DNA of 64,000 nucleotides, taken from assembly GCA_965116875.1 (NCBI GenBank), contig OZ220733.1:4960001-5024000 (forward strand). Direction: 5' to 3'. Under the pieces are notes generated by a model, which was not told where the DNA came from, made no database searches, and saw nothing but the letters and a program-made list of their open reading frames with translations. This document shows, piece after piece, positions 60,501-64,000 of this stretch. The position numbers were made by a program, and so were the translations under genes. Positions within the stretch are counted from its first letter, which is position 1; every line of letters begins with the position of its first letter. This DNA is from Candidatus Latescibacterota bacterium (lineage in GTDB: Bacteria > Latescibacterota > UBA2968 > GCA-2709665).

Positions 60501-62090
60501 TACGTTCACGCCAACTTCGGAAAGGAAGCCGTTGTGGCGGCGCGCAGCTGGTACGCCTCCAAGGAGAAAAAAGCCATCCAGGTTGTATCGGACAGCACGT
60601 CGGCCAACGCGCTGGGCATTCTGGGACTGACCGCGCATGAGACCGACGTGATCGGCATCCAGGACTGCCTGTCCGCCGGCCGGTGGTTCCTTCCGGGCGA
60701 ACGAAACGTCACCGTTCTGCCCCAGGCGATGGCGGACCTTCTGAAAATTGACGAATCCGACGTCGGCAACGCGGAAGTACGCCTCTTCGGAGAGCGTTTC
60801 AAGGTTGTCGGACTGATCGACGCCGAGCGAATGAAGGACCTGGAAGACCTGGATGGCGAGCCGCTGACACCCGCGGATTTCGTGCTTACCGATGAGAACG
60901 TGTTCATGCAGATGGCACAGCAGGAGAAGCGGGAGAAAGCCGGACTGGAGGAGACCGACGTTGAAATCATGGAGTTCGAACACCTCGACCCGGCAAACGT
61001 CATGGTGGTCCCCTACCAGACCCTGAGGGAAGTCAACAGTCCGCTCCAGGCGATTGCGGTCCGGTTCAGGGACCCATCGGTGGTCAAGGCGCGCGTGGAG
61101 AGTTTCATCTCGCGGCTCTCCGTGGTCCTGTTCGCGGGGGTGCCGGAGATTTCTCCGGAGGGAAAGATCGGGCGCATTGCCGTTTCCGTCTACTCCTCGT
61201 ACGGGCAGGCGTCGCCCCAGGGCCTCGCCAACCTCTTCATTCCCATCGCAATTGCCGCGCTGATCGTGTTGAACACAATGATGGGATCGGTGTACGAACG
61301 ATTCCGGGAAATCGGCATCTATTCCTCGGTTGGCCTGGCGCCGGTACACATCGCCTTCCTCTTCCTGGCCGAGTCCTGCGTGTACGCCGTGCTTGGCGCG
61401 GTCTCGGGTTATCTGCTCGCACAGGGCGTGTCCAAGCTCCTCTTCTGGCACGGGCTCCTCGAGGGCCTCACGTTGAACTATTCCTCCGTGTCGGCGATGG
61501 CCTCGTCCACGCTTGTCATGCTCGTGGTCATCCTGTCCACCGTTTACCCCGCCCGCCGGGCTTCCCAGATGGCGGTACCCGACATTACCCGGCGCTGGAA
61601 GCTCCCCGATCCGGACGCGGACCGCTGGCATTTCGAGTTTCCGTTCACCATCTCCGGCGGCGAGGTTCTGGGGCTGTTTACGTTTCTCACCAGATATTTC
61701 GACTTTCATACCGAAAGTTCAATGGGGACCTTCTTCACCCACGGCGCCAACCTGTCCGAGTATGACACCGACCGGGGACGCGGGTATCGGATAGATACCA
61801 CCATCTGGCTGGCGCCGTTCGATCTCGGGGTCAGCCAGAACATCAGCCTGACGTCCACGCCCACGGGCGCCTTCGGCATCCATGCGCTCGAAATCACCAT
61901 TGACCGGCTTTCGGGCGACCTCGCCTCGTGGAAACGATGCAACCAGCGCTTCATGAACCAGATCCGGAAACAGTTCCTCATCTGGCGTACCATTCCCGAA
62001 GAGAGTCAGCGTCAGTACGCGAGCGAGGGCGATGAACTGATCGGCAAGGGAACGGCGGCCAACCTGGCGCCCGCCGGGGAGAACGTCTGA
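57552..62090 (+). CDS. 1512-aa fusion: M28-peptidase-fold ectodomain plus MacB/FtsX-type permease
   Basis: SRVVGYPG, AYYDAMSVVPALAPGAEQASG; NMKRRKLRTLLT; SVYERFREIGIYSSVGL...YPARRAS. Confidence 0.85.
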   Translation: MKTKNITIGLVMLIAFLALTLVSPQALTDRLFEWFDIRYPDPPPERLATDQQQLADSIRERITPAGVESRLLRLSGSGSRVVGYPGHRAASLYIREEFERVGLENVSVETYDVTSPVDKGGGLRIIGEPGVIPIHAVWPNLVRTSTLPSAGLRAPLIDGGGGEFADFNGKEPDGSVVLLDFNSWNRWMNASMLGARAIVFVAPDSTTTAEAEQKFFQVPLNAPRFWIGKSEGERLRRRLAAGERIEVELKARMDWERHPTQNIIGWIPGADPELRERVVLIDAYYDAMSVVPALAPGAEQASGIAALLEMAAYFKAHPPAHTVLFLATSAHHLGFRGVCDFLGRHARKEEHFAALMTDPIDIRLWISLDLTSQTDQMAVWNGSTAFYFQRFFTPLGKRFSRLGADLAPVFGMDAKQSLVDGINPPSGMSWSMFIPGGNLKTDSQVVLTAGMPTLAFVTINDARFRVDTPHDTVDKVNLTNLTNQIRLLTAALSKALNDPGFLPDYRVEMKDRMRALKGRILTFPRRSITPDRPRKGAVAVLRMSYEKSVKGVRAIFYDQADENGEFYVPGLAVRWVGLDAFYLDPESGEITYAWDRGQAARIYKPEFGMDWWITRGTRILFPCVSTDFYETVDPRYLTKLPNLSLYGDGNTAPREYGYTLGYGPNEPVGVVFTPPGTRLKITMHTRGIGIRYLLLNATDTTSVEAAHKSGFVAATHGAITHTAYQAAKDMWVLDHARMRELHAYGIENDRLDDLHTRAKKHLDQADMARDELRWDDFIRHSRAALGLESRAYPDVKGTQNDVIRGIIFFMALVLPCAFFAERLIFTAVDIRWQIAGFAGIFMVIWIFLSIVHPAFDLSNPFVILLAFVLLALASFVISLVFSRFNSQMRNLRTEAAVIHDVDVGRISASLAAFQLGIANMKRRKLRTLLTFTTLVLLTFTVLSFSSIKSQLKFHQIARDNLGPYPGMLIRSKYWAPLEESVLDYVHANFGKEAVVAARSWYASKEKKAIQVVSDSTSANALGILGLTAHETDVIGIQDCLSAGRWFLPGERNVTVLPQAMADLLKIDESDVGNAEVRLFGERFKVVGLIDAERMKDLEDLDGEPLTPADFVLTDENVFMQMAQQEKREKAGLEETDVEIMEFEHLDPANVMVVPYQTLREVNSPLQAIAVRFRDPSVVKARVESFISRLSVVLFAGVPEISPEGKIGRIAVSVYSSYGQASPQGLANLFIPIAIAALIVLNTMMGSVYERFREIGIYSSVGLAPVHIAFLFLAESCVYAVLGAVSGYLLAQGVSKLLFWHGLLEGLTLNYSSVSAMASSTLVMLVVILSTVYPARRASQMAVPDITRRWKLPDPDADRWHFEFPFTISGGEVLGLFTFLTRYFDFHTESSMGTFFTHGANLSEYDTDRGRGYRIDTTIWLAPFDLGVSQNISLTSTPTGAFGIHALEITIDRLSGDLASWKRCNQRFMNQIRKQFLIWRTIPEESQRQYASEGDELIGKGTAANLAPAGENV

Positions 62091-62182
62091 TGCGGATTCG
62101 GCCCCTCCTTTCACGCCCATCGGCGGCCCCGCCACCTCGCCCGGCCTGTCAATACCCGCACCCGCGGTGGATACCGTAAGCT

Positions 62183-63469
62183 GTGCCTCTCGGCAGACAC
62201 ATTCTGGTGGAGCTGTACGGGTCTCCCGCATCCGTACTGAACGACGTCATCCGCATTGAAGCGTGTATGGTTCACGCGGCTCGAGCGGCGAACGCCACGG
62301 TAATCAACACCTCCTTCCATCGTTTCTCGCCGTTCGGCGTCTCCGGCGTCGTCGTTATCCACGAGAGTCACCTCTCCATCCACACCTGGCCCGAGTACGG
62401 ATTCGCCGCGGTCGATCTGTTTACCTGCGGAGACACGATCGACCCGTGGGCAGCGTATGAAGCGCTGAAATCGGACCTGAAAGCCGCTCACGGCACCACC
62501 CGGGAGATAGACCGCGGTCAGTTCGATGGTCCTGTTCACGCCGATGCCGCGCCGGCCCAGGAGGCCGCGGAAACGGCTCCGGCACACATCCGCAATCTCT
62601 GGTTTACCAGACGGGAGGAAGGGATCGCCCTTTCGCTCAGGCACGCCGGCGCGCTCTTTCAGCATCAGTCGCCCCATCAGAAAATCGAAATCCTCGACAC
62701 CTACGGGTACGGAAAGACACTGGTGATCGACGGGGCAATCGTGTGCACGGAACGCGACGAGCACATCTACCACGAGATGATCGTCCACGTGCCCATGCAG
62801 ACCCGCCCCGAAGCCAGGCGCGCCCTGGTTGTCGGGGGCGGCGACGGCGGCGCCCTGCGCGAGCTGTTGCGCTATCAGCGGATCGAGGAGGTCGTCGTCG
62901 TTGAACTCGACGCCATGGTTGTCAGCGCATGCAGGCAACACTTCCCTGCCCTTGCTCCGGCATTCGAAGACTCCAGACTCTCGCTTCACATTGGCGACGG
63001 GTTCGACTTTCTGCAGACCTGTCCTGCCGAATCCTTCGATCTTGCGATCGTCGACGTCGCAAATCCCTCCGGCGGACCCCGGCATCTGTTCTCGGAATCT
63101 TTCTACGGGCGCGTTCGCGCGTGCCTCAGGCCGGGAGGCGTTATGGCAGCGCAGACCGAACCGCCCGCACTCGACAGCCGGACCTTCTCTGAAATATACA
63201 GCCGCCAGGAGACTGTTTTCGGTCCGGGAAACGTGCACTGCTACCTGGCCTGCATCCCCACGTATACGACCGGGCTGCTCAGCTTTTCATATGCCGCGGC
63301 GGGGTGCGCGGACCCTCTTGACGCTCTGGATCCGTCGATGGCTCGCCGTTTCGCGGACGCCCATGGCCTGCAATACTACAACGACGAAATCCACAGAGCC
63401 GCCTTTGTCCTCCCCCCCTTCGTCAGACGTCTTCTGCGAGGTGAATCCCTGGAGCCGGCGAGGTCCTGA
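62183..63469 (+). CDS. Fused S-adenosylmethionine decarboxylase / spermidine synthase
   Basis: SpeD part [22 protein letters not shown]; SpeE part [30 protein letters not shown]. Confidence 0.93.
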   Translation: MPLGRHILVELYGSPASVLNDVIRIEACMVHAARAANATVINTSFHRFSPFGVSGVVVIHESHLSIHTWPEYGFAAVDLFTCGDTIDPWAAYEALKSDLKAAHGTTREIDRGQFDGPVHADAAPAQEAAETAPAHIRNLWFTRREEGIALSLRHAGALFQHQSPHQKIEILDTYGYGKTLVIDGAIVCTERDEHIYHEMIVHVPMQTRPEARRALVVGGGDGGALRELLRYQRIEEVVVVELDAMVVSACRQHFPALAPAFEDSRLSLHIGDGFDFLQTCPAESFDLAIVDVANPSGGPRHLFSESFYGRVRACLRPGGVMAAQTEPPALDSRTFSEIYSRQETVFGPGNVHCYLACIPTYTTGLLSFSYAAAGCADPLDALDPSMARRFADAHGLQYYNDEIHRAAFVLPPFVRRLLRGESLEPARS

Positions 63470-63550
63470 CACCGCCAGGACGTCCGCAGCAGATCCCCGG
63501 CGAAGACGCGCTGGGCCGTCTGCATGGGGTCCGCCTCCACTGATTTCCGG

Positions 63551-63579
63551 TTGACAATGCGCATGACTGAACGTAGCTT
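63551..63579 (+). promoter_or_regulatory. Sigma70-like promoter for the RDD gene
   Basis: TTGACA-N17-TAGCTT. Confidence 0.55.
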
Positions 63580-63631
63580 CAGCGGCGACACGTGAGTTGA
63601 AAACGTCAGAACAGCAGACAAGGAGACAACC

Positions 63632-64000
63632 ATGGCCGATGACCCGCCCGCGGAGATGATTCCGGTTGACGCCGCCGGCAGAATCGGATTCAACAGGCGA
63701 TTCTGCGCATTTGCAATCGACGTCATCGCCATTGGGATCCTGACATTCATCTCGAACCTTCTGACGGGCGAAAACGGCGCCGAGGGTCAGGCAAGTCTGC
63801 ACCACCTCTCCGATCTGACGCTGCAGATGGCAAGCGTGGGCGTCTTCGCATCTTCGGTTCAACTCCTCTACTGTCTGATCGAGGGTCTGACCGGCGCATC
63901 GCCGGGAAAGATGATACTCGGGATTCAGATCCGGGCCGCCAGCGGCGCGCCGGCGGCCACAGGTACGCTGATCCTGCGTATGATTGCAAAACAGATCAAG
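63632..64000 (+). CDS. RDD family membrane protein (truncated by window end; absent from the ORF track)
   Basis: AAGGAG RBS; GFNRRFCAFAID...GASPGKMILGIQI. Confidence 0.85.
   Translation, partial: MADDPPAEMIPVDAAGRIGFNRRFCAFAIDVIAIGILTFISNLLTGENGAEGQASLHHLSDLTLQMASVGVFASSVQLLYCLIEGLTGASPGKMILGIQIRAASGAPAATGTLILRMIAKQIK

Overview
GC-rich bacterial chromosome segment. Gene content (long-form IspG, pssA-DUF4321-tatA-gatAB, extended ECF sigma, DUF6785-type membrane protein) suggests an FCB-superphylum or candidate-phylum organism such as Latescibacterota; this is inference only. Most of the window is housekeeping: mutS2, ispG, dnaG, tRNA-Ile(CAU), HU/IHF, a Gld-type ABC operon, ilvN-leuACDB-cimA-alaC-argJ-aspC-accA, comEC, truA-htrA-pssA-tatA-gatAB and a speD-speE fusion. 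Unusual items: (1) an ECF sigma factor fused to two beta-sliding-clamp (DnaN)-like domains that keep the peptide-binding-pocket motifs (16497-17852); (2) a TPR + DUF6785-type + 1512-aa nicalin-like pseudo-M28/FtsX locus; (3) two 164-bp MITE-like elements with compensatory base changes, each about 16-17 nt upstream of a start codon; (4) a decayed defence-like islet at the tRNA; (5) an orphan attenuator-like small ORF and a candidate Ile/Leu leader peptide. All family assignments come from motifs recognised by eye; no searches were run.
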